Source of the DNA: Dehalococcoidia bacterium
GTDB taxonomy: Bacteria; Chloroflexota; Dehalococcoidia; UBA2979
Length of the DNA stretch: 64,000 nt
Assembly (NCBI GenBank): GCA_965262725.1
Contig: OZ253555.1
Span: 1-64,000 of the forward strand
Direction of reading: 5' to 3'
The position numbers and the translations under genes were made by a program. Each line of letters opens with the position of its first letter. Position 1 is the stretch's first letter. The notes under the pieces are model-generated. The model was not told where the DNA came from, did no database searches, and worked only from the letters and a program-made list of their open reading frames with translations. Shown one piece after another: positions 31,036-41,439 of this stretch.

Positions 31036-31523
31036 GGGTGGTATCCCCAAAAAGCTAAGGCTGCCTTGCGGCAGCCTTGCGCCCTGCTGCCGAGGCATGC
31101 AGGGGGTGTACACAGTGACGTGTATCCAGCGGTGCTACGGGTGTCAAATACCGGGTGATCGCGCCGGCGTTGATCCCCAGGCGGCCCGGGGACCGCGTGA
31201 AGACCGACCGTCGCGACGCGCGCAAGCTGGTGCACCAACGGCCCGTAGACCTCGGCCTAGCGGCGGCGGCACTCGCGCAGTTGGTACGCTTCCCTCGCCG
31301 GCATCACCGACACGACGAGGTGATGGCGACCTAAGGACGGCACGACCGCCCGGCTCCTCATCCATCAGTCCGACGCCGACGGCGTGTCGCGGGCGGCCCA
31401 CTACGACTCGCTGGAGGCGGGCGACCTCTTCGAGTGGAGTGAGAGCGACGACTGCCTCGTGCGCCACCAGGTGACGGAGGTTCACCGCCGATCGCGCAGC
31501 CCAGGCCATGGTCGGTGAGTGCG

Positions 31524-32663
31524 CTAACGGGCGCTTCTGCGAGGTACGGGCAGCAGCGAGTCCATCAGATCCGCAGCCTGGCGCTGCTGATCGGGAAGGA
31601 CGTGCGCGTACGTATCGAGCGTGAACGCCACGCTCGCATGCCCGAGGCGCTCTGAGACGACCTTCGCGGGCACGCCGGCCTGCAGCGCCAACGTTGCCGA
31701 CGTGTGTCGCAGGTCGTGGAAGCGGAAGCCGGTGAGTCCGAGCCTCCGCACGACCTTCCGGAACTCGGCGGACGCGGAGTAGGGCGCCACCAGCCGGCCA
31801 TCGTACCCGGCAAAGACGACCCCATGATCCCCGTATGAAGGTCCCATGCGCAGCCGTCGCTCGTTCTGCGCAACCCTGTGCTCACGGAGCACGACAACCG
31901 TCGACGGCGACAGCGAGATCGTGCGCCGGCTCCGCGCCGTCTTGGGTGCTCGCAGCTTCACCCCGCCCGGTCCCAGGTACTGGGAAGTCCGCCGAACGGC
32001 TGCCGTTCCCGCCTCCAGATCGAGGTCTACCCACCGCAGACCGAGCAGCTCACCGAGCCGGAGACCCGTCGACACCGCAACAAAGACCAGACGGCGCAGG
32101 TCGTCGTCGTCGCAGGCATTCACCAGCCGCTCGACCTCATCCGCGTCGAGCGCCCGCATCTCCACCCGCTCGGGACGAGGTGCCGACACGGCATCCGCCG
32201 GACTACGTTCAAGAAGCTGCCAGCCGACCGCGTGGCGCAGGGCCTCCTTCAGGACGCGATGGTGGTGGAGGATGGTGCGGGGAGCCAGGGCGTGCTCCCG
32301 GAGCCGCGAGTACGTCGTCTGGATGTGTGCCGGCCGCAGGGCCTGCAGTCTCAGCGCGCCGAGGTGTTCGGTGAGCCGCCTGCATATCTGCTGGTAGCGC
32401 TGGAGCGTCGATGGTGCGACGTTCGGCTCGGCGTAATCGCTCAGCCAGCGTTCGAGGTACTCCGCCACGGTGATGCGGCTCGGCGCGATGTCGATCCCCT
32501 GGTCCCGCAGCCGCAGCGCCTCGGTCAGCGCACGCTCCGCCTCCTTCTTCGTCCCGCGAATCGTGAACGTGCGCTTGCGGCGCCGGTGAATGACGGGATC
32601 AGGTGCCAGTTCCACGGTGATCCGCCAACTGCCCTTCCCGCGGCGCTCCATGTGACCAGTCAT
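31524..32663 (-). CDS. int: Tyrosine recombinase/integrase (ICE/phage type), full length
   Basis: Arm-binding N-terminus, TGLRLGE, FHDLRH, LGH, TY. Confidence 0.95.
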   Translation of the reverse strand: MTGHMERRGKGSWRITVELAPDPVIHRRRKRTFTIRGTKKEAERALTEALRLRDQGIDIAPSRITVAEYLERWLSDYAEPNVAPSTLQRYQQICRRLTEHLGALRLQALRPAHIQTTYSRLREHALAPRTILHHHRVLKEALRHAVGWQLLERSPADAVSAPRPERVEMRALDADEVERLVNACDDDDLRRLVFVAVSTGLRLGELLGLRWVDLDLEAGTAAVRRTSQYLGPGGVKLRAPKTARSRRTISLSPSTVVVLREHRVAQNERRLRMGPSYGDHGVVFAGYDGRLVAPYSASAEFRKVVRRLGLTGFRFHDLRHTSATLALQAGVPAKVVSERLGHASVAFTLDTYAHVLPDQQRQAADLMDSLLPVPRRSAR

Positions 32664-32772
32664 CGTCTCCCGCTTCCTCGACGCGACCGTCCGCTCGTGT
32701 CCACTCCAACCACGAGTCCCCCGGTCAGAACAGCCATTATATCCGAACGTTAGTGCTGTTTCCCAGGCTTGT

Positions 32773-32955
32773 TCAGACGTCGCTGGCCTCCGCCTTGATC
32801 CGGGCCGTGAGTTCGTCCCGGGGTATCCGGATCACCCTTCCCAACCGAACGGCCGGCAGCTCTCCCCGCGCCACCAGCTCATAGGCGAGGTTGCGCGAGA
32901 TCCGAAGCAGCTTCGCGGTCTCGGGAACTGTCAGCAGCAGTGAGTCGTCGTTCAC
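32773..32955 (-). CDS. Excisionase-like HTH protein
   Basis: LLTVPETAKLLRISRNLAYELVARGELPAVRLGRVIRIP. Confidence 0.88.
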   Translation of the reverse strand: MNDDSLLLTVPETAKLLRISRNLAYELVARGELPAVRLGRVIRIPRDELTARIKAEASDV

Positions 32956-33269
32956 CTGTCACCCCCGGTGAGCGGCCTCGCGCGCGGCGCCAGGCCAGGC
33001 AGGTCGAGATCGGCGCGGTCCGGCGGGATCCGCTCGGCCCGGGCCTGCGGGTAGGCGGCCCGCAGCTGCGTGAGCGCTCGCTCGAGGCCCTCCTCGGTGC
33101 CGGAGCGCACGTACCAGCGCCCCCCGGCGGCACCCGTCGCGATCTTGAGCGAGATCGACTCGCCGGCCAGCGCGCCGAGCATCCCCCGCGCCGAGGCGAC
33201 GCTCGCCTCGAGATCCCGGGGCGCGACGACCTCGGCGAGATGGGTTGTCTCAGCTGGAGCTCGCGACAT
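32952..33269 (-). pseudogene. 5' stub of a coupling-protein gene
   Basis: LAEVVAPR...LERALTQLRAAYPQ matches the N-terminus of 7404-9932. Confidence 0.75.
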
Positions 33270-34339
33270 GCGCTTCCCTCCTCCCTGCATCGAGCAGCCG
33301 GAAGAAGGTGTCGCGGCCGCCGGGACGCGCGCCGAGCTCGCTCACGTCCTTGACGCCCGCGGGCAGCTCGAGGACCTGCGCGCGCCCTCCGAGCTCTGCG
33401 GAGAGCCACCCGGCGGCGTCGCGTCCGGCCTCGTCGTTGTCCATCACGAGCACGACCGAGCGCGCGCGTTCGAGCAGCCGCAGCACGCCGCGGCCGGGCT
33501 GCGTCCCGAGCAGCGCGCAGGCGGGCAGTCCCCAACCCGTGAGCGTCAGCCAGTCGAATGGCCCCTCGGTGAGGAAGAGGCGCCGCCTGCCGCGGTCGTA
33601 GCCGAGCAGCGGCTTCGGGAGCGACAATCCGCGGTACTTCGGCCCCGGGCCGCCGTCCGGCGCGCGGCCGACCATCCAGCCGCAGTGCGCGCCCCGAAGC
33701 TCCGGGATCACGATGCGGCCGCTCATCGCCTCGTCGCCGGAGCGGAACAGCAGGCCGAGCTCCCCGGCGCGCTTCAGGCTGAACCGGCGCCGCTTGAGGT
33801 AGGGCACGAGCCTCCGGCCGTCGCTCGTGCCGAGCCGGCAGCGCTTGGCGACCCAGGGCTGCACCCCCCCGCTCATCCAGATAGCGCAGCGCCCCGGGCG
33901 TCTCGAGCAGCGTCTCGTGGTAGAGCTCGCAGGCCGCCGTGAGGATCAGCCGGTCGTCGAGCGAGAGCACCGGGGCCCGGTCGGCCTTCTCGGGCACACG
34001 GGCCCGCGGCGGGGGCGGGGGTGCGTTGGCGGCGGTCCCGATCGAACTGCCACCGGAACCGCCGCCAGCGGCTCCGCCTCCGAGCCGCAGAACGGCCTCG
34101 CGGAAGCCCAGGTCCTCGGTGCGGAGGACGAAGTCGATCACGTCGCCTGCGGCGCCGCAGCCGAAGCAGTGGAAGGACTTCGTCTCGGGATAGACGCAGA
34201 GGCTCGGGGTGCGATCCTCGTGGAACGGGCAACGTCCCGTCAGCCGCCTCCCCTGCCCGCGCAGCTCGACCCCGTGGCGCCGTACGACCTCGGCGATCGG
34301 GTTGCGGCGCTTCAGTTGCTCGATGTCGACGTGACTCAT
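33250..34339 (-). pseudogene. DNA primase (CHC2 zinc finger plus TOPRIM), frameshifted in a G run at ~33870
   Basis: CPFHEDRTPS...FHCFGC; PKY; LTEGPFD; MDNDEAG; KDVSE. Confidence 0.88.
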
Positions 34340-34701
34340 GGCTGCACCTCCGTTACCCCGCTAGCGAGGAACTCCGGGTCTGTGGTCGCCAGCGCGTGTT
34401 CCAGCGGGCTCGCCTCGACGCGCAGCGCGATGTGGTTGCCGCGGGCCAGAAAGAGGCCCTCGCCCCTGCGGCAGGCGAGCAGGACCTCCCGCTCCGCGGC
34501 CGAGAGCCCGAAGGTCTCCGCGACGAGCCCGGCCGTGGAGCTGTCCTGCCGCATCAGGAGCTGCAGCGGTAGCGGCAGGTTGCTCGCGGCGCCGTGGGCC
34601 AGCGCCAGGCCGGCGGCGGCCGAGAGCAGCTGGCGCATCGTCAGGCCGAGGACGGCCCTGTCGGCGACGCCGAGGTGGGTCGGGATCTCGTGGCGCCTCA
34701 T
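34336..34701 (-). pseudogene. In-frame deletion fusion of a PrgI-like 5' end to a VirB4-like 3' end
   Basis: MRRHEIPTHLGVADRAVLGLTMRQ joined to LLMRQD...FGLSAAEREVLL...GEGL...VEASPLEH...TTDP. Confidence 0.75.
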
Positions 34702-34931
34702 CACGCCATCGCCCCCTGCACGATGCCGGCGATCGCGCGCGCGAGCAGCACGATCGCAAACCCCGCGAGCGCGTTGAGGATCGCCGTCTTGCCCGCCTCC
34801 ATCTGGCGCGGCGACCCGGCCGCCGACATGTAGAGGAAGGCCCCCCACATCACGAAGAACGCCGAGACCGCCGCCGCCACACCGATGCCGATGTCGAGCA
34901 GGTTCCCGAACAGCGCGTTGACCTCTTCCAT
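34701..34931 (-). CDS. TrbC/VirB2-like pilin
   Basis: Paralog of 7189-7407. Confidence 0.8.
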   Translation of the reverse strand: MEEVNALFGNLLDIGIGVAAAVSAFFVMWGAFLYMSAAGSPRQMEAGKTAILNALAGFAIVLLARAIAGIVQGAMA

Positions 34932-34945
34932 CCCTGGCTCCCTTC

Positions 34946-35491
34946 TCAGCCGCCGCCCCGTGCGCCGGCTGGCTCTTCCCCAAGCAGCACGACGTCCGTC
35001 ACCAGCCAGCGGCCGCCCTCGCGGACGAGCCGCAGGCGGACCTGCTGCGTGACCTCCTCCCCGGCGGCGCGACCGCTCGCCGGGTCGAGCCAGCTCCGCT
35101 GCTGCAGCGAACGGACCGTCGCCTCCGCGGCAGTGCCGGAGAGCGCTTCGACCGAGACCGACTGGACGGACGCGCGGCTCCGGCGCCGTCCGGAGGTGGC
35201 GGCGGGATCGACCGCGGCGCCCGCGAGCGCGGTGCGCATCTCGCCGCCGGTGAGCCCGGCGAGCCGCGCGGTGTAGCCATCCGGATCGCGGTAGTCGAAG
35301 CCGCCGTAGGCGGAGACGAACGCGGACGCCGCGGCCTCCACGGCGGACGCATCGGCGGCCCGGCGCGCGGCGCCGTCCTCACCGCGCCCGGCGAGGCGCG
35401 AGGCCCCGCTCCAGGCGGAGGCGACGGCTAGCACCGCGAGCAGCGCGGCGAGCCCGAGCAGCGCGTAGCCCGGTCCGCGCCCGGCCGTCAC
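34946..35491 (-). CDS. Single-TM conjugation protein (VirB8/TcpC-like NTF2 fold, inferred)
   Basis: TM helix, AFVSAYGGFDYRD, C-terminal LVREGGRWLVTD. Confidence 0.6.
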   Translation of the reverse strand: MTAGRGPGYALLGLAALLAVLAVASAWSGASRLAGRGEDGAARRAADASAVEAAASAFVSAYGGFDYRDPDGYTARLAGLTGGEMRTALAGAAVDPAATSGRRRSRASVQSVSVEALSGTAAEATVRSLQQRSWLDPASGRAAGEEVTQQVRLRLVREGGRWLVTDVVLLGEEPAGARGGG

Positions 35492-35781
35492 GACGCCGCC
35501 CCGGCAGACGCGGTCGGCACGGGCGGGGGTGCCGGCATGAATGCGGCGTCGGCGGCGCTCACACCGGAAGTGAAGGCGACGTGTTCGGGCGGAATCGGAG
35601 GCGGCTCGGGGCCGTCGACGCCGGGAAGTGCCGCGAGCAGCGTCGCCGCCAGCGCCGCCACGGCGATCACGACCACGAGCACGGAGGCGAGGACGAGCAG
35701 CAGGAGCGCACCGGCGATGCGCAGTGCCTCGCGCGGGAGGTCGCCGAGCAGCGAGCTGGCGATGAGCGCGGCCTGGAACAC
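35488..35781 (-). pseudogene. Membrane-anchored stub, probably a truncated cell-wall hydrolase of the transfer operon
   Basis: Only a TM segment and IPPEH remain; call rests on position in the operon. Confidence 0.35.
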
Positions 35782-35784
35782 ATG

Positions 35785-36972
35785 CTACCTCCCCACCGCG
35801 CCGGCGGCGGCGGTACCGCGACCGGCCGCGACGCCGGCAACGCGGCCGGCCACGACGAGCGCGACGCCCGCCCCGGTGCCCGCCTGCTGCAGCTGGCCGT
35901 TCAGGAGCGAGGGCACCCGGAGCGTCAGGGCGGCGACGGCGATACCCAGGAGCAGGGTCAGCAGCGCGTCCGCGGCGCCGCCGGGCACCAGCTCCACCAT
36001 CAGCGCCGCGCCGAGGCGCAGCACGACGAGCTGGACCACCTGCTGGAAGACCGTGATCGGGAAGAGATGCGCCCACCAGCGCGTCCAGCCCTGCGTCTGC
36101 GGCAGCACCCAGCAGAGCACCATCAGCGGCGAGAGCACGATCAGGACGTCCAGGAGCGCGAGCCGCATCAGCATCTGGAAGACCAGCAGCAGCGCCATCA
36201 CGGCGTACGCGATCGCCACGAAGACGAGAGCGATCCCCTCCTGGGCGGCGTTCGCCTGCTCGTAGCCGGGCAGTCCGACCTGGCCGATGGCGGCGGCGAA
36301 GGCGTTGTTGACCTCGATGAGGAGGCGCGCGAACGCGAGCGTGAGGTTCACGGCGAGTGCGGCGAGGATGACGCGGGGAAGCAGCTCCATCGCCCCGTGG
36401 TAGGGGCTGCCGATGTGCTGCCTGACCATCACGTTGAAGCCACCCCACATCACCACCAGCGCGAGGCCGGCGTTGGCTAAAGCGCGCGAGAAGTCCCAGA
36501 GGGAGCGCACGGTCGGGCTCTCGTAGGAGCCCGCTGCGGGCGTGCGCGTCACGAAGTTGAGCGAGGAGTCCCCGAAGCCGAGCGCCCAGTCGATGAAGCT
36601 GCGCATCGCCCCGAGCAGCTCCCGCCCGAGCGCGCTCACGACGCCGTCGAGGATCGCGACCGCCCACTCGCGCGGGTCGAGGCCGCTCAGGAGGTCGGAG
36701 GGGCTCGGGAGCCCGGGAATGCCGATTGCGGGCGCGGTGCCCGGCGCTGGTGCTACCGGGGCCGCTGTGGAGGCCACCATCGGCGCCGCCGGTGGGGTGG
36801 GGCCGGCGGATGAGGGCGGCGCCGCGGCGACGAGAGGCGCACCGGCCCGGGTGAGGGCGGCAAGCGGGTCCGCCGCCTGCTCAGCGGAGGCGGGCGCGGC
36901 CAGCAGCAGCCAGCAGACGAGCGCAGCGGCGACGGCGAGCAGCGGACCCCGCACGGCCAGCCCCTTCCGCAT
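35785..36972 (-). CDS. VirB6/TrbL-like multi-TM conjugation protein
   Basis: Multiple TM helices; LLPRVILAALAVN; LSPLMVLCWVLPQTQGWTRWW. Confidence 0.8.
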   Translation of the reverse strand: MRKGLAVRGPLLAVAAALVCWLLLAAPASAEQAADPLAALTRAGAPLVAAAPPSSAGPTPPAAPMVASTAAPVAPAPGTAPAIGIPGLPSPSDLLSGLDPREWAVAILDGVVSALGRELLGAMRSFIDWALGFGDSSLNFVTRTPAAGSYESPTVRSLWDFSRALANAGLALVVMWGGFNVMVRQHIGSPYHGAMELLPRVILAALAVNLTLAFARLLIEVNNAFAAAIGQVGLPGYEQANAAQEGIALVFVAIAYAVMALLLVFQMLMRLALLDVLIVLSPLMVLCWVLPQTQGWTRWWAHLFPITVFQQVVQLVVLRLGAALMVELVPGGAADALLTLLLGIAVAALTLRVPSLLNGQLQQAGTGAGVALVVAGRVAGVAAGRGTAAAGAVGR

Positions 36973-37004
36973 CGCCGCCCGCTCGCCCTGTTGGCGGGGT
37001 GCGG

Positions 37005-37103
37005 CGATGCAGGGCTAGCCTCCGATCAGGTGGTCCAGCGGAAGTCCACACGAACACCAAAATCGGTCCAAACGGTCCACCGTAGGTCCAAATCTGGTCC
37101 AAA
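37005..37103 (-). promoter_or_regulatory. Transfer-operon promoter copy 4 (TGGACC repeats) upstream of the virB6-like gene
   Basis: GTCCA on + at 37033, 37044, (37055), 37066, 37075, 37086 and 37097; GAGGCT on the minus strand, then ATGCGGAAGG. Confidence 0.72.
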
Positions 37104-37134
37104 GTCGCGTATTCGCGGCGAATACTGCCCCCGG

Positions 37135-37660
37135 CGAGAGAGGCGGCCGCTCGCGCGGCATCGAGAAGGCGCCGTCGGTAGTCCATGCGGTACGGGTCCA
37201 GCCACGTGAAGAACTCCCCCTCGAGGAACTCCCCCGCGTGGAGACGGAGCGCGCGCTCGTACTCGCCGAGTACCTCCGGAGCGAGGAGGTCGGCGGTTCG
37301 CCTGATCGGCCCGTCGAACGAGTCGATATCCACCGTGAAGAGCGAGGGCGGCAACTGGAACCGCTGGCGTGCCGCGAGGAGCGGCTGCATGTCACCTGAT
37401 GAGGCAGCAGCCCGCAGCGTGCTCCTCAGGGTGGTGACCGCGTTGGACAGGATGTGCTTGAGGCTCGCGTCCCAGTCGCAATCCGGCCAGAGCGCCTCGG
37501 CGACGACCTCGCGGGCAACCGAGGCGGGGCCGTGCGCGGCCAGGAACGCCAGGAGTTCGCGGGACTTCTCGAGCCGCCACCTATCGACGGGCGTGTCGTG
37601 CGCCAGAACCCGCAACGGACCGAGGCACTGGATGTGGAAGAGCGGTTCGGCCGTCTTCAC
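37135..37660 (-). pseudogene. SARP-type regulator fragment (OmpR-like wHTH plus start of BTAD)
   Basis: IQCLGPLRV...KSRELLAFL...VAREVVAEALWP...LRSTLR...VDIDSF...ALRLHAGEFLEG...W. Confidence 0.85.
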
Positions 37661-37974
37661 CTCGACTTTCAGATCGCTCATCTCCCGCGCGCTGAAGAGC
37701 GTGGCCGGCTGGGTCGGTCCGGCAGAGTACGCCCCGTGGTTCTTCTCGCTTCGTCTGATCGAACTCGCCGAGGATCCAATGCCCGAAGTTGGTTTGACAG
37801 GAACTGCGGCACTGACCGCGCGAAAGTGGTTCGACATACACGTCGATCGGGTTCGGGGCCATCTCAAGCCAGACGACGGACTCACTCTGGATGAGCGTAT
37901 CGCGATAGTCCGGGACTGGCTGCGTTCCGCCGCAGGCCCGTCTGGTTATCCCGCTCCGAGAACCCCGGACTCAG

Positions 37975-38140
37975 ATTGAGGACCACGACGCGCGCCCGCG
38001 GGTGGCCGATGAAGGGGGTTGGCAGTAGCTCGGTATGTAGTCCGAACTTGTCCGGCACCCGCAACATGGGGCCGCTGCGACTGTGCGCCTCAATCCCATC
38101 ACGGTCGATCGGGAGGCCATAAGGCCGATGTCTGGGAAGA
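37975..38140 (-). pseudogene. Uracil-DNA-glycosylase-like fragment
   Basis: LHTELLPTPFIGHPRARVVVLNLSPG. Confidence 0.4.
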
Positions 38141-38210
38141 TCGCCCACGGGTTGCCGATACGGCTGCGCACTTTGTCGCCTCCGGTAATTCTGGCACGCC
38201 GCCCAGGGGT

Positions 38211-38555
38211 TTAGGGGCGCGGGTTTGGAGGGAGTGGCGGCTGCGGGAGGGTTCGGATGGCTCTGTGTGCCTCGTCGGCAATCTTGTCTAGCACATCGCT
38301 CACGTCGCTTCGGAGCTTGCTGAGATGCGCCGGGTTAGCAACTTCAGCCCCCGTGTAGCTGTCCACGATGATGCTGATCGCATGGCGCGCATCCTGATAC
38401 GCAGCATCCACAGCTGACCTGACCATGCTCTCATTCACGCCGGGACCCTCCGCGCCCTTCCTGCTGACGATCTCCGAACCCCGTAGCTCCGGGTTCCGCT
38501 TCCACTGCCGGTAGCGCGCCTCGGGATAGGCCGTGACGGTGACGCGGCAGTCCAT
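38211..38555 (-). CDS. Hypothetical protein
   Basis: ATG-started ORF with protein-like composition; no family recognised. Confidence 0.4.
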   Translation of the reverse strand: MDCRVTVTAYPEARYRQWKRNPELRGSEIVSRKGAEGPGVNESMVRSAVDAAYQDARHAISIIVDSYTGAEVANPAHLSKLRSDVSDVLDKIADEAHRAIRTLPQPPLPPNPRP

Positions 38556-38657
38556 GAGGCGTCGCTCATCCGCTCCGCCGGCCGCGTGCGGGACGGGCCT
38601 CGCGGTCGCTACAGACGCGCGCGTAGAGGGCGACCGGGTTGGGTATGGCGCAGTCGG

Positions 38658-39038
38658 TCATCCGTTCGGCCTCGTTTCCACGTCGAGGTCAGAGAGCGCC
38701 CGGATCAACTCTCTCGCGTCGTCGATACCGCCTCGCACAGACTCCTCGTCGAGGAACGCCTGATAGAAGTTCGCGTGCATGCCTTCCAAGGATCGCACTA
38801 GCCTCCGTCTGGACTCACTGTGGGCGGAGTCCCGGTCGATCATTCTATTGGCATTCTCGATCAAGGCCCTGTGCGAGCCGAGGGGCCAGTGGTTCCGACG
38901 AGCAACAGAGTTCACGTAGTGGGAGAAGGCACCCCAAGCCTTTTCGGAGGCTTGGAGCAGATCGCCTTTCCGAAACTCTTCCTCGGCTTGATCCAGGAAC
39001 TGTGTACTGATCTCTTGGTGCTCCTCGGATGTCGCCAC
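38658..39038 (-). CDS. PaREP1/HEPN-like protein
   Basis: FLDQAEEEFRKGDLLQASEKAWGA...SH...MHANFY. Confidence 0.8.
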   Translation of the reverse strand: MATSEEHQEISTQFLDQAEEEFRKGDLLQASEKAWGAFSHYVNSVARRNHWPLGSHRALIENANRMIDRDSAHSESRRRLVRSLEGMHANFYQAFLDEESVRGGIDDARELIRALSDLDVETRPNG

Positions 39039-39040
39039 TT

Positions 39041-39562
39041 CTACTCCGCCGCGTACGCCGTGGGTTCCGTGTACTCGATAAGGGAGAACTGGCCTTCGAC
39101 GACTAGGAATCGAATGGTAGTCTCAACACCGTACACGTCGACGAGATGGAGAGGTTCACCTATCTTGAAGTGTGCCGCAGGCGTCGCGAGTCTGCCGTTA
39201 ATGGCGATGTTGTCGGCGTATACATAGCCATCCTTATGCGGATTCAGACGGCCTTCAATACCCGGTATGTAGCCGGTGCTCTTGTCGAATAGCATCGCCT
39301 TGCGCCCCTCTTTGGAAGGCTCCAAGCTCAGATGGACCCGCGCCGAGTCGCCGGTCATGAGGATGGAGTGGAAAGGCAAGTATCCCTCCGCAGCTACAAG
39401 GACCGTCATGTCTTGGTCGGTTCGGTACAGGTGGAACTGGCACTCCCCGTTGGCATCGGTCTGGCCTCTGACCGATACCCCGCTGGGGTAGGCTGCCAAC
39501 ACGGCGGCACCCTGGATCGGCTCTTGCTGAAGGCCGTTGATCTCAAAGGTGATATCTGGCAT
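39041..39562 (-). CDS. Hypothetical protein with a carboxypeptidase-regulatory-like beta domain
   Basis: PIQGAAV...GQTDANGEC...VAAEGY. Confidence 0.65.
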   Translation of the reverse strand: MPDITFEINGLQQEPIQGAAVLAAYPSGVSVRGQTDANGECQFHLYRTDQDMTVLVAAEGYLPFHSILMTGDSARVHLSLEPSKEGRKAMLFDKSTGYIPGIEGRLNPHKDGYVYADNIAINGRLATPAAHFKIGEPLHLVDVYGVETTIRFLVVEGQFSLIEYTEPTAYAAE

Positions 39563-40111
39563 GCGCAACCACCTTCGCTACACCCAGGGTGTACCGGATG
39601 TCTGCTAGTGCGCGAGACCCTGACTACTGTCCCACTCTCGCCCGCTGGCTCGCAAGACTGGCGACTGTATGGAGGCGACTGGCACTCGCGCTCCGGGGAG
39701 TCTGAACCGCGGTCAGCAGCTTCGCCTCAGTCGTCATCGTCATTCCGGTAGCTCCCGCGCCGCTCCGTCGTCGCCCCCAACAGGCCCGGCTCGGTCCGAA
39801 TAACCCGTCCGACGCCGAACGGGCGTTCATTAGCCCGGCGACGGCGTTCTGCACCAGTTGTCCACTGATCGCGCTGGGGAGGTCGAGGGCGAGCGCAACA
39901 TCCGTATCAGCGCCCGCCGGTTCGCTGGGCTAGTGGCGACCAGCCCGAGGCCGCCCCAGCGGCGCGATGCTCGCCGACGGCGACACCCACGCCCCCGCTG
40001 GCGGAACCAGGGTTGGGGCCCTCCGCTGCGCTCGTCTGCTGGCACGCTACCGCGAGCTCTCGCCGGCCGCGCGAGCGACGTGGCTGAACATCAGTCGTCG
40101 CTAGTGGTCGC

Positions 40112-40860
40112 CTCGTACTCGCCGAGTACCTCCGGAGCGAGGAGGTCGGCGGTTCGCCTGATCGGCCCGTCGAACGAGTCGATATCCACCGTGAAGAGCG
40201 AGGGCGGCAACTGGAACCGCTGGCGTGCCGCGAGGAGCGGCTGCATGTCACCTGAGGAGGACGCGGCCCGCAGCGTGCTCCTCAGGGTGGTGACCACGTT
40301 CGACAGGGTGTGCTTGAGGCTCGCGTCCCAGTCGCAATCCGGCCAGAGCGCCTCGGCGACGACCTCGCGGGCAACTGAGGCGGGGCCGTGCGCGGCCAGG
40401 AACGCCAGGAGTTCGCGGGACTTCTCGAGCGGCCACCGATCGACGGGCGTGTCGTGCGCCAGAACCCGCTGCGGACCGAGGCACTGGATGTGGAAGATCG
40501 ATTCGGCCGTCAGGGGAAGGTTCGAGTTGGGGCTGTCCTCCCTAATCGTTGAGGAGGTTGCAGCCGGCCATTCCGAGTTCGGTCCGAACGTGCACCCAGA
40601 AACCCACGAGATGCCCCGTCGTCTCCTCCGGCTCGTAGTGGGCGTCGTCCGCGGGCATCACAGACTCCACCATCGCCCCGGGGAGCAGGCAGGCGAGGCT
40701 CGCCGACGCAACGTCGGGAGCCTCGCGCAGGGGCAGGCACGTCCCACCCGCGTCGACCTCGAGGGCGGTGAGGGCGGCGAACGGCGGCTGATCAATCACG
40801 GGGGGAAGCACCGGGATGTAGCCGCTGCCCTCGTAGGGTCCGCCGGGGACGAGGTGGATT
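40112..40860 (-). pseudogene. Second SARP/BTAD regulator fragment, with degenerate upstream region
   Basis: 40112-40500 is nearly identical to 37256-37640. Confidence 0.8.
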
Positions 40861-40959
40861 CGAAGCTCGTCGCTGGTGAGGCCCAGGACGTCCGGGCGAA
40901 GTAGTGGCCGGGGACGAGTCGCAGCGTCAGTCGTACAGAGACCAGTTCACGGTCGCTTA

Positions 40960-41270
40960 CGTCCACAACCCGCGAGCGCAGGATGCGGCATTCGCTGTCG
41001 TCGCCGAGCAGCTACTGCTACCGGACCCGATCGTGGCCGAGGTGCCCCATGTGCTGCAGTCCTACTACGAGGTCGCGCGCCATCAAGTAGCAGGGGCGCT
41101 GCGCGCACCCTCTCGTTCCGCGCCACGCGCGTGGTCGACGCTGCACTCCTGCATCGCGCCGTTGAGCTCTACGACGTGCACCGGTTGGACTTCGCCGATG
41201 CATACCTGGTAGCCACGGCAGAGCGCACGGGCATCGGCGTGGTCGCCTCCTTCGATCGCGGACTCGAGTG
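40960..41270 (+). pseudogene. VapC-like PIN toxin, frameshifted
   Basis: [18 protein letters not shown]...[10 protein letters not shown]...VASFDR. Confidence 0.75.
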
Positions 41271-41439
41271 GCTCCTGACAGCCACGACGGCCACCGCGCG
41301 TGGATCCTCCTGCGTCCTCACTCCAGCCTCCGTACCGTCTGGGGCCGCGGCAGTCCGCGTCGCCCGCACGGCCGCCAATCGCCGAACGCTCGACCCTCAG
41401 TACACGAAACTGAGGCTCATGCGAGCCAGGAAGCGCTCT

